Assembly (NCBI GenBank): GCA_038746215.1
Contig: JBCDKV010000001.1
Location: forward strand, 1 to 45,935
Source of the DNA: Bacteroidota bacterium
Lineage (GTDB): Bacteria > Bacteroidota > Bacteroidia > Chitinophagales > Saprospiraceae
Direction of reading: 5' to 3'
Length of the DNA stretch: 45,935 bases
Below the pieces are notes generated by a model, which was not told where the DNA came from, searched no databases, and was given only the letters and a program-made list of their open reading frames with translations. A program made the translations under genes and the position numbers. Positions 26,211 to 36,268 of this stretch are shown here, one piece after another (within the stretch, counting starts at the first letter, position 1; every line of letters starts with the position of its first letter).

Positions 26211-26432
26211 TTACTTATGAGCTACAGGATTGAAAGCGAATAAATGTTTAAAATAAGAAAGTAAACTAATGACCTGCGATTTCTGCACGGAAGGAAAGTG
26301 TTCCAAAAATTCTTCGATACTATCACCTGCTTTCAAATAGTCAATTAAGTTTTTGACAGGTACTCTAGTTTCTGCAAACACTGGTGTTCCACTTTGAACA
26401 CTTGGAGAAATAGTAATAATGTTTGCGAGCAT
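26211..26432 (-). CDS. DUF433 domain protein (orphan, no DUF5615 partner)
   Basis: The 73-aa product has SGTPVFAETRVPVKNLIDYL, the DUF433 core. No ORF follows it on the same strand. Confidence 0.75.
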   Translation of the reverse strand: MLANIITISPSVQSGTPVFAETRVPVKNLIDYLKAGDSIEEFLEHFPSVQKSQVISLLSYFKHLFAFNPVAHK

Positions 26433-26645
26433 AATTAGCTTAGGTTTGAATTTGAATAAGTGAAAATTAATTTGGAAAAAAGTAATTGCATTACAATTTT
26501 AAGAGCAACAAATTTAGTGGAGTTTTAGTTGCTTTTTGGTAGCCATTTACCTGCTCACTTTGGCTTTGCTGCTCTAACATTCTTTGCAAAAGTCTCATTC
26601 CCTTTCTTAGAAACTTTATTTCCCTGACTAGGATATTGTTGATAA

Positions 26646-26927
26646 TGCGAATAACGGGTAAAATACTCCATTTTGTGGCAGTGATAGTTTTACTAAACTT
26701 TTAAGACTTAGTAAAGCGTTTGAGATCGCGCAACAAGTATGCCCAAAGGTTTTTTATGGACGGAAACACAAATTTTAACTTATTTTTCAGAGAAAAATAA
26801 GTTAAAATTTGTGTTTCCGTCCGAAGAGAATTATGGAGCATACTTGTTGCTCAATTTGCGGATATTGACCTGAACCATATCTGAGTCAAATGTCAAGAAA
26901 AATAAGATATATATAGCCGTTATTCAC
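26646..26927 (+). repeat. Palindromic MITE-like element, family A, copy 2
   Basis: Collinear with 6341-6619. The perfect central hairpin is 26758-26787 / 26793-26822. Confidence 0.85.
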
Positions 26928-26973
26928 ATTAATAACGGGCAACTTTAAGATTACCCGTCATTTTACACAATCA

Positions 26974-27004
26974 GATGACAGGCAACTTAGAGCTGCCTGT
27001 CATC
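26974..27004 (-). terminator. Hairpin downstream of the giant T9SS gene (terminator candidate)
   Basis: GATGACAGGCA (26974-26984) / TGCCTGTCATC (26994-27004), an 11-bp perfect stem about 55 nt past the stop at 27058. There is no strong U-tract. Confidence 0.35.
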
Positions 27005-27057
27005 ATATCCCCAATTGAGTACTTACAACAAACTGGTGCAAACTGCTCGCTTCCACA

Positions 27058-30000
27058 CTATTCCGCCACAATCAGTTGCTTCGTAAGTACGCTATGTGCG
27101 GTCTTCAAAACCACCATATAAAATCCATCGGGATAAGCACTAGTTGCCAGTGGATACGTATGTACACCTGCGTCCAAAGTCGTTTCTGGCAGGAATTGCG
27201 CTACCAATACACCTGCGCTGTTGTAGATAGCAATACTCGTTTCGCTTGCTTCGGGTAGTGCAAACTGAATCGTGGTATGCTGCTTCGCTGGATTAGGCTG
27301 AATGCTCATCTCCATAGCTTCGGAACTTTCGACTACACTTTGCACCGTCTGGCTTAGGTTGATCGTCCTTTGACTTGGCGCGCAATCACTCGGTGGATTG
27401 ACGGTAACTTCGTAGCTACAAGCAGGATTTTGGGTATCCACGATGGTGAAACTAGTCGTATCTCTACGTTGCACAAAAGTGATGGCTTCGTAGTATGAAT
27501 AGCCGCCAGAAGTCAAGTCGCCATCCACATAGAAGGTAGAATTACCATTGGTCGCGGCTACGTGAATCGTGAAATTGTAAGTGCCTTCGTTGCAAGGATG
27601 AACAACAACATCGACGTCTAATATTTCACAAGCCTCGCAAAGATCGCCTACGCCATTTTCGTTCACATCTCTAGGCGTAACAGCAGCACCTTCTACCCAA
27701 TTGGAAGTAGCCTCATTTTGGGCGACATTTCTAAGCGTAGCAGTATAGCTATTGCCTGACTTATCGAATACATTAGGACGCAAAGCTGTATTGTCTTGAC
27801 TAGGTAGCCCTTCATTGAAGTCGTAGTAAATCGCCAAGTCGGCTTCGTTGCCATTGAGTTCTTTTGCCATATTGGCTTGTATTTGATCGGCTGTTCTAGC
27901 TGACGTCCAAATACGCACCTCATCAATTGTACCATTGTAAGTACCCGAACTAGCATTGCCACTGCCTGGCTTCCCGATATTGAGTGGATGGTTGCTGGCT
28001 GTCATCGCGCTCGTTAAGGACGCAGCTTGGTCTAATACGCCGTTCAAATACAGTTTCAAACTTTGATTGGGCAGATCGTAAACTACTGCTACGTGATACC
28101 AAGTATCGGTGGATAAAGTAGTCGTACCAGCAACTGAGGTATTCGTACTAATGAAGCGCAGCTTGTTTCGATGTGTATCAAAAGTGAAACCTAGAGCAGT
28201 CCCTGCTGCGCCTTTGTCCAGTATGCGCTCGTCGCCTAGTTCTTTCTTATTGATCCAAGCTTCTAAGGTGAATGTCTCACCAAAGATCGCATCCAGTCGG
28301 TCACTATCTACGAGACTGATGTAGTCATCCGTTCCGTCCAAATTCATAGCGGGATTAATAGCATCTTCGCAGCTATCGCAACCATCTGGAATGCCGTCCG
28401 CATCGCTATCTATCGTATCGTCAAAACCTGCACAAATATCTCGATAATCTGGTACGCCGTCCATATCGGCATCTGGTTCGCAGACCTCACCCACGCGGTT
28501 GTTGTTGACATCCAAATGATTGACGGGCGCACCATTTGTCCAGTTGGAAATCGCACCCGTTCGCGCCATACCGATTACTGTACCGTCGTGACCATTCAGG
28601 CTCTTATCTTGCACGATACTCAGCCCTGTATTGTCGTCATCGGGTGTTCCTTCGTTGAAATTGTAGTAAACCAATAGCCCTTCTTCATCGCCCACGAGTT
28701 CTTTGGATAGATACGTACCAATTTCCGACTGCGTTCTCGCTCTGTTCCAAATGCGTACTTCGTCCATTTTGCCTCGGAAGCCTGAGCCGTACACTTGTCC
28801 GATGTAGAAATCGCTAGCGGAAAAGTCAAAATCTGCGACTCTTTCCTCAATTTTCACCCCATTGATGTACAAAGTCATATTTTCACCATCGGAGGCTATG
28901 GCAATATGATACCATCTGTTCGGTTCTAGTCGTGGTCGGAATTGCTGTCCTGACCAGACACCTAATTGCGTGCCACCATCGGAGTTAATCAGCCAGTGGT
29001 GCGACTTCACAGCAGCACTTCCCAACAGTAAAGGCCAAGATCGGGAAGACGGAATGCCATCTAAATAGATCCATGCTTCTACGGTATGCGGCGCATTGCC
29101 ACGCTCCAACCCGCTTATATTGGTCGTAGAGACTCGATCATTGCCGCCTGCAAAGTACATGCCTGGGTTTGGATCATTGACACAAAAATCGCAAGCATCT
29201 GGAATGCCATCTCGATCAACATCTACGCTATCGTCAAAACCGGGACATTTATCCAATGGATTAGGGACACCATCTCCATCGAAATCCAAAGAAGCCAAGT
29301 CACCACCGACGAAGAAGTCCCAAACAACATCTTCTGCCATTGCATTACCATACAAATCAGTGACGCCGCTCAAAAGAACTTCAAATTTTTCTGCATCGTA
29401 TTCCTCCGTCGTGATGGGTAAATTAGGCGTGATGAAAAGTTCGTTGTCCGCACAACTCAATTGCGCATTGATGATCTCATTGGTGAAGACCCGTCTAAGT
29501 TGCACATTGGCGGCGGATAAATTGCTACAGCCCAAATCCTCTGTAAATTTGACGCTAATTTCATCTCCGATCACGTAGTTGTCATCATCTGGTTCGGGCG
29601 TTCCCAAGACCATCGGCGCGCTTCTGTCTACCAATCCACTGATTCTATTAGAGTAGGAAATATTGAGCCCACAAATTACTTTTATGCGTATGTCGTATCG
29701 ACCATCTGGCACATTGATGATATCCCAAGAAACCTCCGTACCAAATTCGGAATCGTTCAATTCGCTACTTTCCAAGACCACACCCGGTTTCCAATCCGAA
29801 ATCCCTCTTGGTGTGTATTCGATTTCTATACGATCTAAATTATTGACATCGTAGCCATCCAATCGTAGCTCCAATTCGTTATCGTTGGCTTGTGAAAGTA
29901 TGAAGCCATCAATCGGCTCTACTATATTGATCTCGCTACAAGGACTTTGGAAAAAAGCAGAGAGCGCGACGGTAGCTATGATTTCTTCATCGGCATCATT

Positions 30001-33000
30001 GCAACCTGAATACAGCTCAAACGCCAAACCTTCGTAGCTATAAATAGGAGAATTGATCCCTCTAGTGACCGTGACCGTAACGGGTAATTCTCCTGCTGCA
30101 CCTATATCATCCAAAGGAAGCGGTGTTGTGTAAGGACTTCCACCAACCGTTATGGCAGCACCGCCAATATTGGTCGCTTGTATAAAGCGTAGGAAGTAAG
30201 TTCTGTCCTCATCTGTCTCACTGATATTACCCGCAAAAAGGGTGAATACTGCCGTGCCATCCGCTGCGACACCCGCTTGTATGGGATTTTCTGCTCGAAG
30301 TTGAACGGCTTCGCGTGCATTGGTTTCTGGCTCGTAAGGACAACTACTTGCGCCACCTAGCGTCACAAACACGGGCGTTTTATAAACTGGATCGCTTCTC
30401 ACTTCCACCGTAAATTCATCCAATGGATCATCGTCGGCAAGTCGATAACCTGTAGTCAGGCTATTGATTTCCGTTTCAGTAGTAGAATTGCCCGATTCCA
30501 TTTTGAAGTTGGTAATCAGACCGCCATTGATACCAGAACCACCTATTTCAAAACCCATTTCGCTGGCAATTTCCTCATTGATTTCCATACCAAATTCTAT
30601 GGTAGAAATATCTGTCGTTGTGCTGGTCGTTGTTTTTTCTTTGGGTGAATTGCCTCCAAATTGCACCACTTCTACGAACTCGGCGGCTGCTTTCAACTCA
30701 TCGTTGCGCTGTAGCATTTGTTCCCAAACTAGTATTTGGTTGTCGTAATCGGCTTGCTCTGCTGCTGTTGTATTGGGATGATCGCGCAAATCTTGTAGCT
30801 CAGGAATGACGGACGCTTTGATGTGATTTTCTGTGAAGATAAATTCTGACTCCAAGCCTTCATTGGCAATGACAAGATTTTTATCCATTAATACTTGACA
30901 AGTATTTTCGTCAAAAATAACTTCGTCCGAAATCGCATAAGCAAAAGCCAATGCCGCCCCAACAAAGACATCTCCTTCCGAACCTTGGATTACGTCGCTA
31001 TCAGTGGTTTCAAATCGCGTGGTATTGGAAACGGAGAGAATCGTTTCCGTCGAGTTGGCGTTAGTTGAGTTCACTTCATAAGAACCGCCTACATCACCCC
31101 AGAAAGCAGTCTCTGTTTCTAGCCCCAAAATAGAGACGCCAAATTTCAAACCGATCCGTACATTACCCCAAGTATTAGAAGATTCGCTATCCGAGACGTA
31201 GAAGCGAGTCGCGGTTTCGGTGGTGGTGTTTTCTTCTAAATAACTGTAACTAGCATCACCAGGAGGGTCTCTAAGAATGAAAAGCGGCAATTGAGGCGAC
31301 TGAGTAGAGAAATTTTGTGCTCTGGGTCTTCCGCCAGTCACCAATACACTCGGATTGTAAGTCTCCGAAGGACGCTCGAAAGTGTCAATCGCACTAATCG
31401 TCAGGTTCTTTAAATGTGGTGATACGATGTTTGGATTACCCGCTTTTAAGTTATACTCAAACGAGCCTCCTTTAAATTCAAAAGTAATCGGCTCATCCCC
31501 CATGTCTCCGATTTGGTCATTGATACTGATCGTACCCGTATCGACAGGACAAGTTGTTCCTTCCTCAAATACTTGAATCAAGAGTGGCGTCACTTCTGAC
31601 TGTGCCAATACTGGATATTCGTAAGTACAAGGTGGTTCGGGTAAGCCTTCCACTACGATAACGGGTTCAGCCTGATAGTAAAAGTCTTCGTTTTGCGAAG
31701 CACTGGACAAATCGACTGCTCGCCCGTTGGTATCGTAAAAACTTTCAATCTCTAATTCTTTGCTCGCATATGCACTGATGGGGTTCAAATCCGTCACTTT
31801 CACATTGTAGACTTTGGACGGAATACCTGTAATTTGGAAAAATCCAGCGCCGTCCGTTGTACCAGTAATGGTGAAGCAGTTGTCTACATCGGTCAGGGTG
31901 ACGGTGGCTGTGCCCATGAATTGCTGACAACCTTCGGCTGTACCTGCGCCTGCTAAGATTTTTCCTTGCAAAGAGAACTGCGTGATGTCCTTGAAATTGA
32001 CATTACTTCTGTTGTCGTCAATGAAAAAAGTTGCGTTGGCAGGAGCGAAAATATGTCCAGTCAGTTGTGGTCGGATGGTGTAAGTGCCTTGATTTTCGAT
32101 GGTCAAGGTGTAATCTCCATTTTCATCCGTATAGCCGTCATTGGGATTGATGACCACGCCGTTGAATAATAAGTCCACTTTTATGTCTGCGATATTACAA
32201 GAAGTGCTGCCAAAGTCTTGACTAACATTTCCAGTGAGTGTAAATACGGTGATGTCAGTGAAATTGGCAGATTTTGGACTGCTGGAATTGACCGTTATAT
32301 TTCTATTTGCAGGATCAAATTCGTGATTGGCTCTGCTTGGTGTTACCCTGAAGTTGGCAGAACTACCACCATAGTACAATCCTGAAATGGTATATTCGCC
32401 ATTTCCATCTGTGATGGCGGTTCCACTTCCATTTGCATTTGTTCCACCTGAGACATTGGTAGTTCTGTTGACGTTTACTCTTACGCCACTCACACCTGTT
32501 CCGAGACTGCTCGTGACGCGACCTGTAATGACCCCATCGGCAGGAACGACATTGATTTGTGTGTAGGCAGTAGAACGTCGAACTGGGTTGTTGGTGTTGT
32601 CGCAAGTACTCAAGACTGTTCTTCTGTAGCGAGTAGATTTGGAAAGTGTAGGGACATTATAAGATTGACTTATGCTGCTAGTGTTCGTTACCGCAGACCA
32701 ATTTGTCCAAGAAATACCTCCATCAGTGGATTCCTGCTTCTCCCAGTACACCGCTTTTATAGCTGGACTAGCAGAAGCGTTTGTGCGACTAGAAAAACTA
32801 CCTGGATCTGTACCGCCAGGAATAGTAGTGCTGCCTGAAAAAGAGATGCTACCCACGTTAGCAGATGCACTGGCTGGTCTGATGGTAATAACATCAGTAC
32901 CTCTTGTATAACCATATTGATCCTTGGTTTCTCTATAGTAGTATAGACGATCACTGCCCATATTTTCTGGCGGATCGTATTCTGCACCTATTGCACCACT

Positions 33001-34107
33001 GATGACGGCATAAGTTGAACCATTCCATTTTCTCCACTGATAACTTACTGCTCCACAGGAAACTGTTCCCGCAGCAGTAGAAGTAATCTTGGGAATATTC
33101 GTGCCTCTACAAACTGCACCTGGTCCACGTATGCTACCTTCGCTCGTAATAGCAGTAGCATTTACACCATATATCCGCAATCTAAAGTTACCCGTTTTGT
33201 TGCTATTTCCGCCCACCAGCACTTTGTACGTGCCTGCGCACAGAAAACGAGTCAAGGTAGATTTTGTACCTGAACCTGAATTATTATCAGAGGCTATGAT
33301 TCGATCAGCATTGCTGAATAAATAGACCTTAGTATCAAAATCAGTAGCAGAATGATCGGTACTAATGGTCACATTCATAGGGGAATTGATGGTAAAGGAA
33401 TAGACCACATCGGCAGCAGCATTGTCATAGAGGTTTCGAGCGTAACCACAATTGCTGTTAGAACCACTGGGCGCTGATTTATTGGAATTGTAGTGGTACT
33501 TATTTTGACCATTTGCTATAGTTCCAAAGGTAAGCGGTCTATTGAAAGCGTCACCGTTAGAATAACGGTAGACGGCTGCGAATTGATAGGCATATCTGTT
33601 GTCATTATCTCTAGTGCTATACCCCCAATCATTTCGATTTCCAATTGATCCTATTGTTCTTTCGCCAGCATAGCAGTGTGCATTGTTATCTTCATTGAAG
33701 ACATCTTGGTCATAAAAACAATCATTTGCCCCGTCATTTTCGTGTCCTTTGACGTGAAAGTAGAACTTGTCCGTAACAGGTTTATTTGCACCCTCGAACA
33801 TCTCTTCCTCTGGATAAAGCCATGTATTGTATTCTTTAGTTTCCGTATAACAAAATTCGTAATTTCCACTTCCCCATTGAGATTCGTTACAATCCACAGG
33901 GTAGGAACTCGTCGTTCTCCATTTCCATCGCCAAGCAGATTCTTCTGCATCCCCATCATTATTAACATTCCATTTTAAAGCTCGCAGCTTTACGTAGTAA
34001 TTGATGAGGTTGTCATTTGTGACATCCGATTGGTCTTGTGCGCTCAGCACACCAATTGAACAAAGCCATGCCAAAAGCATGAACAGGATCATTTTTTTCA
34101 TTTCCAT
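27058..34107 (-). CDS. Giant (2349 aa) T9SS-secreted adhesin-like protein with Ig/CarboxypepD_reg-like repeats, two [TSP3-type Ca-binding repeat + LamG] modules and a Por C-terminal sorting domain
   Basis: Signal peptide MEMKKMILFMLLAWLCSIGVLSAQ. DxDxDGxxDxxD runs (DFDGDGVPNPLD..DVDRDGIPDACD and DADMDGVPDYRD..DSDADGIPDGCD). LamG signatures (MDEVRIWNRARTQSEI and IDEVRIWTSARTADQI). C-terminal IQPNPAKQHTTIQFALPE...IAIYNSAGVLV is a T9SS CTD pattern. Confidence 0.9.
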   Translation of the reverse strand: MEMKKMILFMLLAWLCSIGVLSAQDQSDVTNDNLINYYVKLRALKWNVNNDGDAEESAWRWKWRTTSSYPVDCNESQWGSGNYEFCYTETKEYNTWLYPEEEMFEGANKPVTDKFYFHVKGHENDGANDCFYDQDVFNEDNNAHCYAGERTIGSIGNRNDWGYSTRDNDNRYAYQFAAVYRYSNGDAFNRPLTFGTIANGQNKYHYNSNKSAPSGSNSNCGYARNLYDNAAADVVYSFTINSPMNVTISTDHSATDFDTKVYLFSNADRIIASDNNSGSGTKSTLTRFLCAGTYKVLVGGNSNKTGNFRLRIYGVNATAITSEGSIRGPGAVCRGTNIPKITSTAAGTVSCGAVSYQWRKWNGSTYAVISGAIGAEYDPPENMGSDRLYYYRETKDQYGYTRGTDVITIRPASASANVGSISFSGSTTIPGGTDPGSFSSRTNASASPAIKAVYWEKQESTDGGISWTNWSAVTNTSSISQSYNVPTLSKSTRYRRTVLSTCDNTNNPVRRSTAYTQINVVPADGVITGRVTSSLGTGVSGVRVNVNRTTNVSGGTNANGSGTAITDGNGEYTISGLYYGGSSANFRVTPSRANHEFDPANRNITVNSSSPKSANFTDITVFTLTGNVSQDFGSTSCNIADIKVDLLFNGVVINPNDGYTDENGDYTLTIENQGTYTIRPQLTGHIFAPANATFFIDDNRSNVNFKDITQFSLQGKILAGAGTAEGCQQFMGTATVTLTDVDNCFTITGTTDGAGFFQITGIPSKVYNVKVTDLNPISAYASKELEIESFYDTNGRAVDLSSASQNEDFYYQAEPVIVVEGLPEPPCTYEYPVLAQSEVTPLLIQVFEEGTTCPVDTGTISINDQIGDMGDEPITFEFKGGSFEYNLKAGNPNIVSPHLKNLTISAIDTFERPSETYNPSVLVTGGRPRAQNFSTQSPQLPLFILRDPPGDASYSYLEENTTTETATRFYVSDSESSNTWGNVRIGLKFGVSILGLETETAFWGDVGGSYEVNSTNANSTETILSVSNTTRFETTDSDVIQGSEGDVFVGAALAFAYAISDEVIFDENTCQVLMDKNLVIANEGLESEFIFTENHIKASVIPELQDLRDHPNTTAAEQADYDNQILVWEQMLQRNDELKAAAEFVEVVQFGGNSPKEKTTTSTTTDISTIEFGMEINEEIASEMGFEIGGSGINGGLITNFKMESGNSTTETEINSLTTGYRLADDDPLDEFTVEVRSDPVYKTPVFVTLGGASSCPYEPETNAREAVQLRAENPIQAGVAADGTAVFTLFAGNISETDEDRTYFLRFIQATNIGGAAITVGGSPYTTPLPLDDIGAAGELPVTVTVTRGINSPIYSYEGLAFELYSGCNDADEEIIATVALSAFFQSPCSEINIVEPIDGFILSQANDNELELRLDGYDVNNLDRIEIEYTPRGISDWKPGVVLESSELNDSEFGTEVSWDIINVPDGRYDIRIKVICGLNISYSNRISGLVDRSAPMVLGTPEPDDDNYVIGDEISVKFTEDLGCSNLSAANVQLRRVFTNEIINAQLSCADNELFITPNLPITTEEYDAEKFEVLLSGVTDLYGNAMAEDVVWDFFVGGDLASLDFDGDGVPNPLDKCPGFDDSVDVDRDGIPDACDFCVNDPNPGMYFAGGNDRVSTTNISGLERGNAPHTVEAWIYLDGIPSSRSWPLLLGSAAVKSHHWLINSDGGTQLGVWSGQQFRPRLEPNRWYHIAIASDGENMTLYINGVKIEERVADFDFSASDFYIGQVYGSGFRGKMDEVRIWNRARTQSEIGTYLSKELVGDEEGLLVYYNFNEGTPDDDNTGLSIVQDKSLNGHDGTVIGMARTGAISNWTNGAPVNHLDVNNNRVGEVCEPDADMDGVPDYRDICAGFDDTIDSDADGIPDGCDSCEDAINPAMNLDGTDDYISLVDSDRLDAIFGETFTLEAWINKKELGDERILDKGAAGTALGFTFDTHRNKLRFISTNTSVAGTTTLSTDTWYHVAVVYDLPNQSLKLYLNGVLDQAASLTSAMTASNHPLNIGKPGSGNASSGTYNGTIDEVRIWTSARTADQIQANMAKELNGNEADLAIYYDFNEGLPSQDNTALRPNVFDKSGNSYTATLRNVAQNEATSNWVEGAAVTPRDVNENGVGDLCEACEILDVDVVVHPCNEGTYNFTIHVAATNGNSTFYVDGDLTSGGYSYYEAITFVQRRDTTSFTIVDTQNPACSYEVTVNPPSDCAPSQRTINLSQTVQSVVESSEAMEMSIQPNPAKQHTTIQFALPEASETSIAIYNSAGVLVAQFLPETTLDAGVHTYPLATSAYPDGFYMVVLKTAHSVLTKQLIVAE

Positions 34108-34133
34108 TTAGTGTTTTAAGTTGAGTGTGATTG

Positions 34134-34165
34134 GTGGATATTGGCTGTTACAGTTCAATATCCAC
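34134..34165 (-). other. Intercistronic hairpin between the FG-GAP gene and the giant gene
   Basis: GTGGATATTG (34134-34143) / CAATATCCAC (34156-34165), a 10-bp perfect stem 27 nt upstream of the giant gene's ATG. Confidence 0.4.
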
Positions 34166-34222
34166 CCATAAAATTTGATTTTTCTTTATAGTTTACGAGT
34201 CTGACTTCTTAAATCTGATTAC

Positions 34223-36166
34223 TCAGTATTTTAAAATTTTTTCAAACTGCACGACACCTCGATACGCTATAGCTAAGTATAGCATACCCTTGGGTGCATT
34301 TGCCAGTGAAATCGGCTGTGTGCCAGTGGTTTGGTGTATCAGTTTTCCGAGGGCATCATAGATGCGGATAGATAGCTCGTGTTCCAGTACTTCGGTTTGG
34401 GGTCGAAGGTATAGCCAGTCTTTTGCTGGATTCGGACTGATGCGGTAATCGAAGGTCGATTGAGCTGTGGTAGTGTGCGTAAGGGTGTTGTAAATACATC
34501 CACTATTGATGGTCGCAAGCGGGTCGTAATTGTCTGCCGTTTGATCCATACAAGCCGTTCGATCATACGTCCCTGTGCCTTCCTTGATTTTGATGTTGGC
34601 ATTGATCGGAGGAGCGAGGATGCGCTCTTGGATGCCATTTTGCCAATGCAGTACGATGGAATCAATGCGTTCGCTTTTTCCCAACCCAAAGTGAACCTGC
34701 TGATCGTCGAAAGCGGCGTGATTGCCCGCAGAAAAGTGGTACTGTAGATAAGTCTCGCCGCCGTGGTGTAGGAATACTTTTGTACCAAAACCATCGCGAT
34801 TGTTGCTCACGCCTTCTAGGTCGATGAAAAGATAGTTATTGCCATCGTTTTGCTGATTTTCGAGTATTCGGTAAAAGTGATAAGCACTATCGTAGTGGCT
34901 TCGCGGTACTTTGTTGGCAATGACTAAATCCAAGTCGCCGTCACGATCTAAATCGCCTTTTACGGCTCCTCTATTGAGTTCTGCAAAGTCAAGCTGGTAT
35001 TGTTTGGAAGCTTTTCGAAATTGTCCCGCTACATTTTCAAAGAAAGCCGTGGAGTCTTGCTGCGTAACTCGATAGCGTTCGGTGATGTTGATAAAACCAT
35101 TAGATACCAACAAATCTAAGTCTGTGTCATTGTCTACATCAAAGAACAGCGGTGTCCAACTGACCGTATTATGAAAGCTATCGGTCAAGGTGTTGTCCAA
35201 GTTGAATGCGGTAGCTCGGTCTTGGTAGTAGCCGCCTTCGTTGACTAATAATTTATTGCTTCCGATGTCCGTAATGTATAAATCTAAATCCAGATCTTGG
35301 TCGAAATCAGCTATGTCAATGCCCATACCAAACATCCGAATATCCAGTCCAAAAACATTGGCTGCTTCTTCAAAAACGTCGGCTTCGGAATCGTATACAT
35401 GAAGCTGATGCGGCAAGACATCTTCCCCAAAATCGTTGATACTGTACAGCCCGAATCCACCATCTGCCGTTGGGATTTGAACGCCTACAAACGAACAGCC
35501 CAAGTCTTCTTGTTCGTACTGCGCCGTCACTTTCTCAAACTGAAAACCGCCTAGATTTCGATACAATTCATTCTTATAACAAAGGTGTGGAAAGCGTTTG
35601 ATGACGCTTCCATCCGCTAGGGTATCCCTTACGATATTGGGTTTTTCGATGTAGTTGGAAAGGTATACATCCAGTAAGCCATCGGAGTCGTAATCAATAA
35701 AGCTCACGCCCATGATAGAGCGTTCTTGCGGCAATAAACCAAAATCGGTGAGCAGGCTGAAAGTGCCATCGCATTTATTGTGCAGTAGCATTGGGCTACT
35801 AAATTTAGCGGCACTGCACAGCAAAATTTCATCGCAGCCATCGTTGTTGAGGTCTGCTACTGCCGCCACTGATACGTCCATGGTATGAAATGGAAGGAGG
35901 TGACTGACGTCTTCAAACGCCCAATTTCCATTGTTTTGGAGCAAGCGGTCGGGATGGATGCCACCAGGCATATAAATATCTAACCAACCGTCTTGATTGT
36001 AGTCGATGAGGCTCACGCCGCCTCCAAATTCGGAGGCACTCCAGTAGCTATGTTGGAGGTCGATATTTGCTCGCGCTGTGAATTGCGCAGGTAACCAATA
36101 GGCGTGTAAGAGTATTGTTATCTGCATCAGCAAATAAGCATACCAAGGGATATAGTGTGTTTTCAT
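34223..36166 (-). CDS. FG-GAP/VCBS-repeat (CRTAC1/ASPIC-UnbV-like) protein with T9SS C-terminal sorting domain
   Basis: Repeated D.D.DG.(L/I)D(L/I/V) FG-GAP/VCBS motifs (DYNQDGWLDIY, DLNNDGCDEIL, DYDSDGLLDVY, DFDQDLDLDLY, DVDNDTDLDLL, DLDRDGDLDLV) and an UnbV-like HFGLG segment. C-terminal ISPNPAKDWLYL...IRIYDALGKLI. The start could instead be 36205. Confidence 0.85.
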   Translation of the reverse strand: MKTHYIPWYAYLLMQITILLHAYWLPAQFTARANIDLQHSYWSASEFGGGVSLIDYNQDGWLDIYMPGGIHPDRLLQNNGNWAFEDVSHLLPFHTMDVSVAAVADLNNDGCDEILLCSAAKFSSPMLLHNKCDGTFSLLTDFGLLPQERSIMGVSFIDYDSDGLLDVYLSNYIEKPNIVRDTLADGSVIKRFPHLCYKNELYRNLGGFQFEKVTAQYEQEDLGCSFVGVQIPTADGGFGLYSINDFGEDVLPHQLHVYDSEADVFEEAANVFGLDIRMFGMGIDIADFDQDLDLDLYITDIGSNKLLVNEGGYYQDRATAFNLDNTLTDSFHNTVSWTPLFFDVDNDTDLDLLVSNGFINITERYRVTQQDSTAFFENVAGQFRKASKQYQLDFAELNRGAVKGDLDRDGDLDLVIANKVPRSHYDSAYHFYRILENQQNDGNNYLFIDLEGVSNNRDGFGTKVFLHHGGETYLQYHFSAGNHAAFDDQQVHFGLGKSERIDSIVLHWQNGIQERILAPPINANIKIKEGTGTYDRTACMDQTADNYDPLATINSGCIYNTLTHTTTAQSTFDYRISPNPAKDWLYLRPQTEVLEHELSIRIYDALGKLIHQTTGTQPISLANAPKGMLYLAIAYRGVVQFEKILKY

Positions 36167-36268
36167 TTGGTTGTCTTTTGTGTGAAGCGATAAATAGGGT
36201 TTCACACACTTGCATTTACAAATTTAATCATATGTTTCGATCAAGCATTACCATTTTTGCGCATTCTG

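Noticed and set aside
29096-29578. 160-aa and other plus-strand ORFs inside 27058-34107
   Set aside because: All are antisense to the giant T9SS gene, Ser/Pro/Thr-rich mirror frames with no independent support.
34339-34794. 151-aa minus-strand ORF within the FG-GAP gene
   Set aside because: It is an alternative frame of a gene whose main frame carries clear FG-GAP/VCBS repeats and a T9SS CTD.
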